NCBI GenBank assembly: GCA_000708835.1
Contig: DF237641.1
Span: 1 to 43,286, forward strand
Length of the DNA: 43,286 nucleotides
From: Klebsormidium nitens
Lineage: Eukaryota > Plantae > Klebsormidiophyceae
Direction of reading: 5' to 3'
A model generated the notes under the pieces. It ran no database searches and was not told where the DNA came from. It saw only the letters and a list, made by a program, of their open reading frames with translations. Positions 1-9,677 of the stretch are shown piece by piece (position 1 is the first letter of the stretch; each line of letters begins with the position of its first letter). The translations under genes and the position numbers were made by a program.

Positions 1-124
1 GCGATGCCGTTCTAGGAGCCCCAGAAGTCTATCTATGCATATCCAGAGCGCGCAGAAGCCAGACGAGCGTTCTTGGAGCAAAATCCAGGCAGCTCGAGCG
101 CGGGTTCAAAAACGGATGCTGGAC

Positions 125-275
125 CACACGGAGCTCGTCCAGCTTTTGCAGAATCAAGGCATATATAATTGTGCAGAACGTGGACAGCTCTGGCGCCGGA
201 TGCCAACCTCACGAAGCTTGTCCAGCTTTTGCAGAATCAAGGCTTATACAAAATTGCAAAACCTGGACACCTCTA
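125..275 (+). repeat. 83-bp tandem repeat, about 2 diverged units; same family and orientation as 2783-3045
   Basis: The core (c/t)gtccagcttttgcagaatcaaggc(a/t)tata recurs at 136 and 219 (period 83). The ctctggcgccggatgccaacctc segment is shared with the array at 2783-3045. Confidence 0.9.
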
Positions 276-718
276 GTGCACTGGAACGAGCAAGCATCCC
301 TGATCGTTCTCTAATAAGCTCAATGGCTGCAGTATGAAAAAGCTTTTCAACGAACTTACCCGTGGAAGCCGAAACAAAGCTTGCAATGCTAGCAGTGTCC
401 ACTCCGCTGCATGCCCTAGTGTTGGCCATAGGTGCTTCTGTGACAATGCAAACGGATTAGAAGTAAATGAAGCTTGGAAACATGACATCGTGTTAAGTAC
501 ACTGAATCTTGGATGTGATTCGACCTTTCGAAAGGATCCGAGATGATCGTTTTTGTTGAAAGGCTCGGATTGCAATAGGGGCAGTATAGACTTGCGAGAT
601 CTACCATTCACGTTGCAGAAAGTAACCAGCAAGTGTTAGCCATCCGAAAATGACTAGACAAGTTGCAAACAATGTTCAATAGGCCTCAGTAACATCTAAG
701 ATCTGGTTGGAATCGTAC

Positions 719-1755
719 CTGCAAAGTCCAAGTCGTTGGTTGTCACTCTGCACCTGGAGGGGGCCTCCTCCACAGGCAGAGCAATACCTTGTTGCACAAA
801 GCACAGGACTGAGGGGTTTCCGAGCTTGCGGACGCGGCTCTTCATTTGGTCCAAACCTCTTGGCGTGGTGCTTCCCAAGCACATGTAGATGAAGGCTCGG
901 GCAAACCAGGGTTTGTTGAAGTCCACCGCAGCCTCGACGGTAGGGCTCAGCATGACCAAGCGTCTAGTCCATTGCTCGTTCACCTGCTCGAGACCCTTCT
1001 TGACTGCACCGCACGAGTCTCGTGTGATCTTTAGGATCTCAGCCTCAGACAGTATCTTCTCCTCAAGGACGACTCTCTCTAGCAGATCGACCTCATTCGA
1101 AGACATCGAGTACACGATGCAGTTCTCTCCACTCCGTAGCGATTCGAGCAACGTATTCTGCCAGTACTCATGCCCTTCCTTCCCGTTGACGAACACAAAC
1201 TCCAGGGGCCTCTCAGGGAGAAATCTATTGATGACTACAGGCCCGCACTTGATCTCGTTCATTGTGAGAAAGTCAAAGGTTCGTTGGCCTAGATGACCAT
1301 CGAGCGCGATGACTTTCTTTGCTTGCCGCAGAATCTCCACCAGCAGATTGACAGTGGAATGCCTGTTTCGAAAGGTCGAAGCAGACAGGTGGGAGAGGAT
1401 GGACTCGATCTCATCAAGAATGACCAGATCGAAAGGTGCAAGAAATCTTCCCGCAGCGATGAGGCCCGGCAAGCTGTCGAACTGGCAGATGACGTTGGGA
1501 AACTGTTCACGGTCGGCCAGAGCCTCCACAAAATGCCCCTGCTCGTTGAAGCGGCCCGGCATGCTCTTCAGATCGTTATAGTGGAAGTAGTCTGGGTTCT
1601 TTCCCTGGGCGTCGCTCGCTTGAGTTTGCCGGTATGTCACCATGAGCTTTGTTTTTGGCCTCGGCTCTTTGGAGGAGAGCTGCTTGACCATAGTGGATTT
1701 ACCGGTGTCCATAGGGCTCCGGATGAGTAGAGCCGGGAAGTCTCCTGCTTGAAAC
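719..1755 (-). CDS. Exon encoding a UL9/origin-binding-protein-like superfamily 2 helicase core
   Basis: ORF 696..1850: Walker A LLIRSPMDTGKST (~1718-1692), motif Ia LMVTYRQT, QFDSL, Walker B LVILDEIES (~1415-1404), VIALDG, SPTVEAAVDF and QMKSRVRKL. This is the motif order of the herpes UL9 / NCLDV origin-binding helicase family. Confidence 0.9.
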
Positions 1756-2182
1756 CTGCAATAAGGTTTTGTCGTCAAGAGATTCTCGAAGAAGTCTGCT
1801 TTTAGAGCAAGAACTCGTCTAGGTTCTGGAGAACTCGATGCATGTATCAAAAACGCAAAAGCTAGACGGGGTGGCCCGAAGAGTTAGTAAAGGTGATTGC
1901 TTCTTGACGTCATCGCATGGGCATATACAATATGAACAACAGCACTATAAATCACACGAAGGGACTACTTCGCGATTGAAACACACTTGGAAGCTCTGAA
2001 AAACCTAGGCAGTCAGGCTGGTTGGATGTTGAATCTGTCGCTCGCGTTGACATAAGAAAGTTGAGGCATCAGAGTCGCTGAGTATAAGTCGTCTGCCTCC
2101 AGCATACTCGATTTCAAACGGGACCGAGGCTTGCAAGGTGGAACTTTCAAAGAGAGACGCAAGGGAAAAATCTTTCACTTAC

Positions 2183-2718
2183 TTGTTGACCTGCCTGTTG
2201 AAGACAACGTCGTCCGTCATTTGCCTGATTCCAGCTCGGATCAATTGCAGATCCATAGGACCAGCAACCAATGGGTCCCTGCCCAAATATCGCATATTGA
2301 CCTCCACGGCTCCCGCTTTCCAACTTTTCGCGTCCGCATACAGAGGCCCTAAGTAGTGGGCAGGCTATTGTTTGCACGTCAGACCGGTCGCGGGGTCGAC
2401 TCTCTCGCTCGAACACTTGGCAAAGACCGCGTTCTCTCGTTCGTTTACAATGCAGAGAATGTCGCGCTGTCCGGGATGCATGTGCCCTGTATAGCATGGC
2501 TCACCATCCCGATCCGTCCAGCTGAAGTTGAGCTGGTTGCTTGAGCCTCGCTTGAAAGCGGTCGGGTGCAGACCTTGCAGAAGCTCGAGACAGCGCTGGG
2601 TGTTGTATGCGTTGGCAGAGTGTGGGCTGAGGTGTGCCATGTCCGCTGACTTCTTGAGAGGTCTACACTCCTTGACAGCGTCGGGCGCAATAGTTGGAAC
2701 CCGGATGAAGTCAACCTC
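2183..2718 (-). CDS. Exon encoding a primase-associated Zn-finger-like linker domain, interrupted by a premature TAG
   Basis: ORF 2365..2739 contains CYTGHMH...LCIV...VFAKCSSERV (C/H/C pattern of PrimPol/UL52-type Zn knuckles). Acceptor ctttgcag|GAG at 2718; donor AA|gtaagt at 2183. Confidence 0.65.
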
Positions 2719-2782
2719 CTGCAAAGCGGCATACAACATCAGAATCTAGACAATGGTTTCTCTGGCTGGAATCGCTCTGTGA

Positions 2783-3045
2783 CCACGTGGCTCGTCCAGC
2801 TTTTGCATAATCAAGGCTTATACAAAAGTGCGGAACCTGGACAGCTCTGGCGCCGGATGCCAGTGCGGAACCTGGACAGCTCTGGCGCCGGATGCCAACC
2901 TCGCGTGGCTCGTCCAGCTTTTGCAGAATCAAGGCATATACAAAAGTGCGAAACATGGACAGCTCTGGCGCCGGATGCCAACCTCGCGTGGCTCGTCCAG
3001 CTTTTGCAGAATCAAGGCATATACAAAAGTGCGGAACCTGGACAG
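2783..3045 (+). repeat. 83-bp tandem minisatellite (~3 units plus a 35-bp sub-duplication) inside predicted intron 2719-3127
   Basis: cgtccagcttttgca starts at 2793, 2911 and 2994 (spacings 118 = 83+35, and 83). The units are near-identical, so this is not a CRISPR array. Confidence 0.95.
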
Positions 3046-3127
3046 TACCTGCAAACGACAAAGCAGCCAGTCATGCGTATCAAGTTGTTCGTCAATGTAC
3101 TTGAATGAAAACTCTTGATCATCTTAC

Positions 3128-4005
3128 CTGGTCCAGCCAAGTGATGACTGCGTCCGCAAACGGCTTGCGCGGGTCCAGAGGCAGCAACGGGCACAGAGGG
3201 GCGGACAGGAGGGTTTGGAACACCCAGGCAATCTGATGCCCCGATTCCGGGTGTACACACCCTGGTCAATCAGCTCCGCTAAGTGTGGCGAGAGAACTTC
3301 AGCGAGCCTGCGTGCGAGCTGTCCTGCCCCTTGCGGATCCGCTGTGTGTGCGAGATTGGAGCGGAAGACCAGCTGCGGGGTGTGCGTAGAAATGATGAGA
3401 TGCAGGCTGAACTTGCCGCCCGGGCCGTAGTCGCAGGGAACCCAGTTGAAGGCCGCCTCGTCAAGCTTCACGCCATAGTCCTCTATGAAGATCCGCATGA
3501 TTGCGTCCTGGAACTGTGTAATGACGCTCTCAAGAGTCTCCCCCTCCGGCAGGCCGCCATCTCTCTCCATGTCCAGGTACGGTTTGCACGGCCTCCCCTC
3601 TACCAAAACCTCCTCTCCATGAGGCTGCCCCTGGAAATGTTCCATCGCCGTGGGCCAGTCTGGGTAAGAGCCGTACCTCCTATACCCTTTGTTCTCGGAC
3701 AGGTGACGGATCTCAACCTTGTGGTCCAGCAGAGCAGCAAAGCGCTTGCTGAATCCCTGAGGCCCGTTCTTAGAGTCTTTGCAGCTGAGCCCAGACATGC
3801 TAGACATCTTTGAGAAGAAAGAGGTGCCCAGCATCATCTGGCGGACGGTCTGAACGGTGCCGTTCTCAACGGTCTCACTATGGACAATCGTGCTGTTGGG
3901 AGGGAGAGGTCGAATAGGTTGCTCGCTGCTGGGGACACTTGAGGTGGGGTTCTCGTGATTGGAAGGATTCGCAGGGGCAGCTGCCGTCTCGTCGGGCAGC
4001 AACAT
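3128..4005 (-). CDS. Exon encoding an AEP-superfamily (PrimPol/UL52-like) primase catalytic domain
   Basis: ORF 3124..4005: motif I RPCKPYLDME (DxE at 3573-3565), motif II KFSLHLII (SxH) and motif III LIDQGVYTRNRGIRLPGCSK. A frameshift restores PLLPLDPRKPFADAVITWLDQ, ending at the donor CAG|gtaaga. Confidence 0.9.
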
Positions 4006-4663
4006 GGAAGGCTACATCAAGAAAGAGAAGCACACAAACTTTAGATATGTGCCAGTGAATCGACGTCACGAATGATATTTAGATATCTTTGCACCGAATC
4101 GGTTTCAGACTCACGAGATGCAAGCTCGATATCTCCTGGCATCTGCTTTCTTCCGACATACATTGATAAGCGGCAAGATAGGCAAAGCGTCACACTTGAT
4201 CATTGGTGAAATGCTTTGGCTTGCTGCACGGAAAGATGCTGGCCAGCTTGGAACAATAAACCAGCATGAGAAACTGACTGAGTAAGGACCTGACTCTGTC
4301 ACAGTCAGTACGTTTGATAAGAGTTTTCTCAAGCTGTTTCGTCTGAACTCTCAGAGAGTAGAACTCGGCGCATCCTCCGTTGTTTACGAAGGACAGTCAG
4401 AGAAGTCGGCATTTTTTGCGTCGCTGGTGCTGAGCCTACCTCTGCATCAAGATCAGCAACTTTCCGTAGGGTTCCCTCAGTTTTGCGCGCTGCTTTCCTT
4501 TGTGCAAACTCTGCACTGTCGCTGCCCTTGTCATCGTTGCGGGTTCTCTTCCTTCTTCTGACGCAAAAGTTCCTCTGGCCTTCAAGCGATTCGGCCGCGT
4601 CAATCTGCACAAGTCGACAAGTGGATCAAAATCTGCGTGGTTAACACTAGGACCGATAGATAA

Positions 4664-4896
4664 CCGTGCCCGATTGGGCACGGATAATATAAATTTGTAA
4701 GCATTGGATAGAGGCCTTATTTTGCAAAGTATCTTTCTATACTAGATAGCCCTTTTCATCCCGGTCACAACGCTTCTTTCGGATCCGCAATCCGATAACT
4801 TTTGATGTATATGTCATCGATGATGTGCCGGTAGAAACTGAGAACTGCGAAATAAGCTTCACGGGCAAATTATTATCCGTGCCCAATCGGGCACGG
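4664..4896. mobile_element. 233-bp non-autonomous MITE with perfect 25-bp TIRs, piggyBac-type target (ATAA left, TTAA right)
   Basis: ccgtgcccgattgggcacggataat (4664-4688) is the exact reverse complement of attatccgtgcccaatcgggcacgg (4872-4896). It is flanked by ataa (4660-4663) and ttaa (4897-4900). The interior is AT-rich and has no convincing ORF. Confidence 0.85.
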
Positions 4897-5425
4897 TTAA
4901 CTTTGTGAAGCGGTCGTGACGTCACCTTTGAGAATTTTATAAAGATACTTTGTAGACATGTTGGGACGGACCTAATCTTGTTTGCATACTAGTTATATGG
5001 CTAGCTAACGACTGATCTCATCATCTACAATAGGTGTGCACACGCCTACCGCGAAAAGTGGCTGTTTTTGAGCTAATTGCATGGATTCTATTACTTCCAT
5101 ACAACATTGCACCTCGTTTGAACATTGAAGCAATTCAGATTAGATTTATATATGTCTTGGCTGCACGATTGTAAAGTTTCAATGAATAAACCTCATATTT
5201 GCACCAACTTTCACACACTCATATAAGGATTGCCCATATACAGCTTTTTCCCTGTCATACTGGGGGCATGTATGAAACCATGATCAATTGGACTTCTTTT
5301 CGAGCCAGACTGGTAAGACTTGAGACTCACAACATTTGCAACAATCCAACACACAATTTCAAAGCGGAAACCAGTCTGGACAGAGTTTTCAGAATAGATA
5401 CGTCGAATAAAACACGTCTAATAAT

Positions 5426-8162
5426 CTACTTAGGAATCCTCTTTCTCTTTGCCCCAAAGTCCCTTCCTTCCAATCTCTCCGTGTTATGCCACTCTTTGAA
5501 ACAGTCCCCAAAGCACAAGGGGACATTGCAAGCATAGCAGTAGTATCGAGTACGGCTACCCTCCTTTTCTACTCCCATGTTCTTCAGCGCACACAGCCTG
5601 CACCGCCTGCGCTTGTTCCCCTCCGTCTTCTCGCAGAAGTGCTGGCTGCTGTTGCTGGCTCCTCCTCCAGACCTGGACAGTACACAAGAGCAATAAGATA
5701 TACTGTATGGTACACGAAGCATCCTAAGCGGCAGGCTTGCAACTCAAACTCAAACCCAAATTCAAACCAGCCACTCACCAGACTGTCCAGACCAAAGAAG
5801 CAACTAACAAGAATGTCCAAACCAAAGCCAGCAACAGGTTGACCACAACCAGGTAGAATCAATCAAGCAACTAACCAACCCCAAATCAGCAACTAACCAG
5901 CCCCAAACCCGCAACTAACCAGCCCCAAACCAGCCACAAACCAGCTCCAAACCAGATTACAGAATTGCTCGCAGCCACTTGCATCAGGTGCCACACTTAC
6001 CCCCTGCCAGACAGCCGATTGTCTTGTGTGTTCTCCACCAACTGCTGTTGCAGAGTGAGCATGAACTCAAACCTGCTGACCTCCGGGTGCTCCTCTTTGA
6101 ACAGAATGTAGGCATTGCTGAAAGCACTGTCCAGCAACCCAAGAAAGACCCGGATCCACCACTTCCTCGAAACCACCTCCATCTCAGCGCTATAGTGCTG
6201 ACTCAAACACGCCTTGTCAAACTGATCTACCCCATCCTTATACTTATTGTAGACGTACGCAGCCTCAGGACACGGAATCTGATCCACTGCAGCGCCAAGT
6301 CGGCGATCAGTTTCTCCCATCAACAAACAATGCGACGTGCTGACAAAAAAGACTGGCTGTCTATCCTTCCAAGCAAACGCCACCATGCCCTGCTCCCTCT
6401 CCACTGCAGCCACCACCGTTCCCCTCTCCGCCTCCTTATCCAGCTTCAGCATGTGAGCTGGAAACTGCTTTCTGTTTGTAACACACGTCCCTGTCCCACT
6501 GAAACCCTTAGCTTTGAGCGACTGCAAGACAACTGGCGCTGTAAAACCCCTGTCCAAAATGCAGACATGCCCTAGATCTCGAGGCAAAGTGTCAGCCAGG
6601 ATGTCTACCATCTTTGCATGCAGGTCCTGGCACTTGATTTTATCGTAAACATGCTGGTGCCAACAATAGAAAGTTACAGCGTCTACAGCGGCAAAAACCT
6701 CAACCCCAAACTTATGGGGTTTCTTAGGGTTATAAACTCTAACGGGGCAGGCTCTATTCCTAATGGGGATGGTGCGCTCATCAAAAGTGACATACTGACC
6801 AAGCCTGTAAAACTTCTTGAAAGTATCATTGATAGTGTCTAGGAGGGGAAGCAACTGCCACAGGCGGTACTTTCTAGTGCTCCTATCAGCTGGTCGCTGC
6901 GAGTTGTCATTCAGATGCAAGTAACGCTTTATCTGCTCAAACCGATTCTGAGACATGCCCGTACGACTGGTATCAGGAAAGGTGACGTTGCCAATTCTGC
7001 CACTGCGCCAGTAATCAGACAGCTGAGGCGGGGGATGCAAGGCCATGGACAAGACAATACCAACCCACTTCAAAAGCTCCTGCAACGTCACAGGAGTCCA
7101 ACCCCGTTGCTTCCCTTTCTCTGTTGGGCCTGCATCCCCCCTGCTGACCTCTGCGTACAAGTTCGTCTGCTCGACTGTCCCTTCCCAAAACCTTTCCAGC
7201 GGAATCAGCAGCAGAAAGATCTGAAAGGGATTGAGCAGGGACAGGCTGCCGATGACTCCCCTCACAACCCTGGACCGGCCACCCTTCCACTCCGGGGGCT
7301 GGATGAAGGCGCAGTCATCCCCCTCCTCCACAGCTTCCCACTGCAGCGCCGCAGACGAGGAGGGAGCAGCCGCCTCCCCCGCTGTCTCCAAAGGGTCCCC
7401 CTCGTCTTCCAGCTGCTCGTCATCGGAGAACTCCTCTTCCCCACTTGACGCTCCATCCAGCAGCTGGCGGGGGACTCTCTTCCTCGCCTTGGCCTTGGCA
7501 GCCCTCTTCTTCATGGGCTCCCGTTCCACTGGCACTTTTTCTTTCCCCTTCCGAGAAACAGGGGCTGACTGCCGGGCTTCTTCCTCACTCTCCGTCTCTT
7601 CCTCACTCTCCGGTTTGTCCCCCTCGTCGGACTGCTCCTCTTCGTCGTCCTCTTCTTCCTCGTCAGACTCCACCAGCCGAGCTGGCGGCCGAACTGCTCT
7701 CCTCACACGAGGAGCATCCTCAACTGCATCCCCGCCAGTTCCCCTTCTTTTGCTCTGGGGTGTCCTGAGATCTTGCTCAGGGTCAGCCCTCGCCTCGGCA
7801 GCCCCCCCGGCAGCCCCCCCAGCAGCGTCCTCTTCATCCCCCACCAGCAATCGACGGGGTGCCCCATGCCCCACAAGCACCTCTAGCGTCCACCAGTAGA
7901 CGCTGCCATCAAAGTCAAACTTGACCTGCCACCTTGCAGGTGTTTTTCCCCTTCCAGGCTTGTGAACCTCGATGTGGCCCACAAGGGTTTCCGTCTCCCA
8001 CTTGTCCCCAAAGTTTTCCTTTGCCCAAGCTTTCCCAAAAAAGGACGCTTTCACATTGACCATGAGGCCAATGGAAGGATGCAGACCTGCAGCCCCTGTG
8101 GATACGGAAGCCATGGCGCCAGTGAAGGAGGAGAAGTCAAAGGTCAACCTGTCCCCGCTCAA
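5426..8162 (-). CDS. piggyBac-family DDD transposase, two exons (8162-6001, 5672-5426), about 800 aa, with C-terminal cysteine-rich domain
   Basis: ORF 5997..8162 carries YVTFDERTIP, KPHKFG, CILDRGFT and YNKYKDGVDQFD (three catalytic Asp), plus WWIRVFLGLLD. The phase-2 intron 6000-5673 (GG|gtaagt ... ctgtccag|G) joins it in frame to HFCEK...RRRCRLC...RTRYYCYACNVPLCFGDCFKEWH. Confidence 0.95.
5866..5954 (+). repeat. Short tandem repeat (~23-bp then ~11-bp units) in the transposase intron
   Basis: gcaactaacca(a/g)ccccaaa occurs three times, followed by ccagc(c/t)(a/c)caaa variants. Confidence 0.8.
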
Positions 8163-8454
8163 AATCCCAACCAGACAGCACCTGCAGCTTGACCAAGTTT
8201 CTCAATCCCGCTCAAATCTAGGATTTTGAATTCCATAGGCTGAATCTGCGTTGTGCACACTGATGTGCACTCTGGGTTCTGTGCTTGTTGGACAGGACCA
8301 CAATGTCCGGTAAAAATCAAGCCCATCTGGGGGTCAGCTGATCCAAAGTGACCAATCAGCAGTCAGGTAGGGACCATGTGGCACCTACTCAGGATAACTG
8401 ATGATTGGACACCAAGATCTGGGGCCAGAATGTGCGCGCTTTGCTCGCGCTCAA

Positions 8455-8485
8455 TTAACCGTGCCCAATTGGGCACGCCGTGCCC
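8455..8485 (+). mobile_element. Left end of another TTAA element of the same TIR family as the 4664-4896 MITE, truncated by the gap
   Basis: ttaa (8455-8458) is followed by ccgtgcccaattgggcacg and a further ccgtgccc, then Ns. Confidence 0.75.
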
Positions 8486-8505
8486 NNNNNNNNNNNNNNN
8501 NNNNN
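8486..8505. other. Assembly gap (20 N)
   Basis: Run of N in the sequence, directly after a palindromic repeat end. Confidence 1.
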
Positions 8506-9677
8506 TGCTGGAATTGAGAATTTGACATCGCCGACTTAGATTTCATATAGGCCCGCAGTCCGCTGTTATTTTGCTTGCCGTCGAGGCTGAGTCTGGTCGA
8601 GAAGGTCAAAAATGCGTGCACGTATGGCCAAAAACTGCGCATACGTAACTGGCCCTACGCAGCATACGTGTGCGAGGCGCACATTCTTGCCCTCAAAATG
8701 TCCCACTCGGGAACAGACCCCGATCGGACAGACCCCGTAGCGAAATTTTAAGGCCACCGGCAGAGACGGAAGGGGAACACGTGGCACCCTGAGATTGGCA
8801 GATATCATGCCGGATTTCAGATGGTTAGTTGATCTGGGTGCGATTGTTTCTGGCGCTGATGTGCAAGTCTAGATGGACGTTCGTTGACACCACATTCCAA
8901 TCTTGGTTCTCGGGCGAAGGAAAACAGGACTGAATGCACGGTACACCGGTTGCGTGGGGTAGGTAACTGGAATCTGGATGTGTTGAGGACGGCAAAGTTT
9001 CTGCATGATGAGTCCGTTCATGATGCCTGAATGTACGGGCACCTCAGGCGAGCGAGATTCCACCAATGAGCTTCGTCTATCCCACGTTTACAGCGACCAA
9101 AGTAACTTTTGGAAGATTCATGGCCATCCAAAGGAGGTTGCGGAGATTGTGCAACTGAACAAGCATGCTTTGCTTCGCTTGTACCCACGACTGAGTACGG
9201 TACGCGGTAGACTGCACAAAACACGAACAAATGTACCGTAACGTACCTGCGGTCGTACCTACCGTACCCCCAGTAGGAGGTGCCCAATCCCCACTTCGGT
9301 TTAGGTTATGTAGCTGGGTTGACTACAGCCCGGTCCTCCGGGCCCAGTCTGCCACTGCCAGGCAGCTTGCTAGGCCCCACCTACCGGTGATCCAGCCTAC
9401 CAGACAGAAGAAACCCATTAGGTAAACCTTCATTGTGGGTTAAATATAATGAATGGGTTAAATAGATGGATATCCCCGGTACGTACTGATGCCACGCGTA
9501 AGCCCGAGCATGACTTTGAAGTGTACATGTGCCATTGTACAAAGCCGGACAGGCGGAAATTATCCCGTGACGTTGAGTACTAGGTAGTCGGTACATTTCA
9601 CTCTGCACAGAGCGCGAGGAAGTGTTGCAGCAAGCTGCTCGCAAGCAGCTGCGCTGACTTCGCGAGGCCTGTGCACT

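Larger units (their letters stand above)
360..4005 (-). pseudogene. Spliced virus-type primase-helicase fusion gene (AEP/PrimPol + Zn finger + UL9/origin-binding-protein-like SF2 helicase), disabled; 3' end not resolved
   Basis: Hand-built exons: 4005-3128, 2718-2183, 1755-719, 437-360. All joins are GT-AG and phase-compatible (WLDQ|EVDF, RQVNK|FQAGDF, DFAE|APMAN). Lesions are a frameshift at ~3190-3200 and an in-frame TAG at 2367-2365, after which the frame continues (PAHYLGPLYADAKSWKAGAVEVNMRYLG). The last exon and anything beyond it are less certain. Confidence 0.8.

Noticed and set aside
2783-3045. CRISPR-like appearance of the palindromic repeat array
   Set aside because: The sequence between repeat cores is repeated too, so there are no unique spacers. 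No cas genes; eukaryotic context.
35-3118. Plus-strand ORFs 35..337, 2779..3108, 2828..3118 and 2892..3104 with shared peptides
   Set aside because: They are translations of the 83-bp repeat (not a multiple of 3) cycling through frames, not genes.
4641-4655. ttaacactaggaccg as a possible piggyBac left end
   Set aside because: No reverse-complement partner found to the right of the transposase in the visible sequence.
4111-4925. Minus-strand ORF fragments around the MITE, including a repeated NRARLGTD peptide
   Set aside because: The repeated peptide is just the TIR. The other fragments have no recognisable domain or consistent exon chain.
4725-4952. 12-bp inverted pair caaagtatcttt / aaagatactttg straddling the MITE right end
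   Set aside because: Short and AT-rich, with no target duplication; could be chance.
7231-7899. Long antisense ORFs (also 12657..13460, 13457..13981, 13869..14612, 37657..38355, 38440..39675, 41789..42260)
   Set aside because: Ser/Pro-rich shadows of GC- and purine-rich coding strands with no independent motifs.
9425-9461. Two ...gggttaa words resembling piggyBac right ends
   Set aside because: No matching ttaaccc left end found near the 3' side of the transposase.
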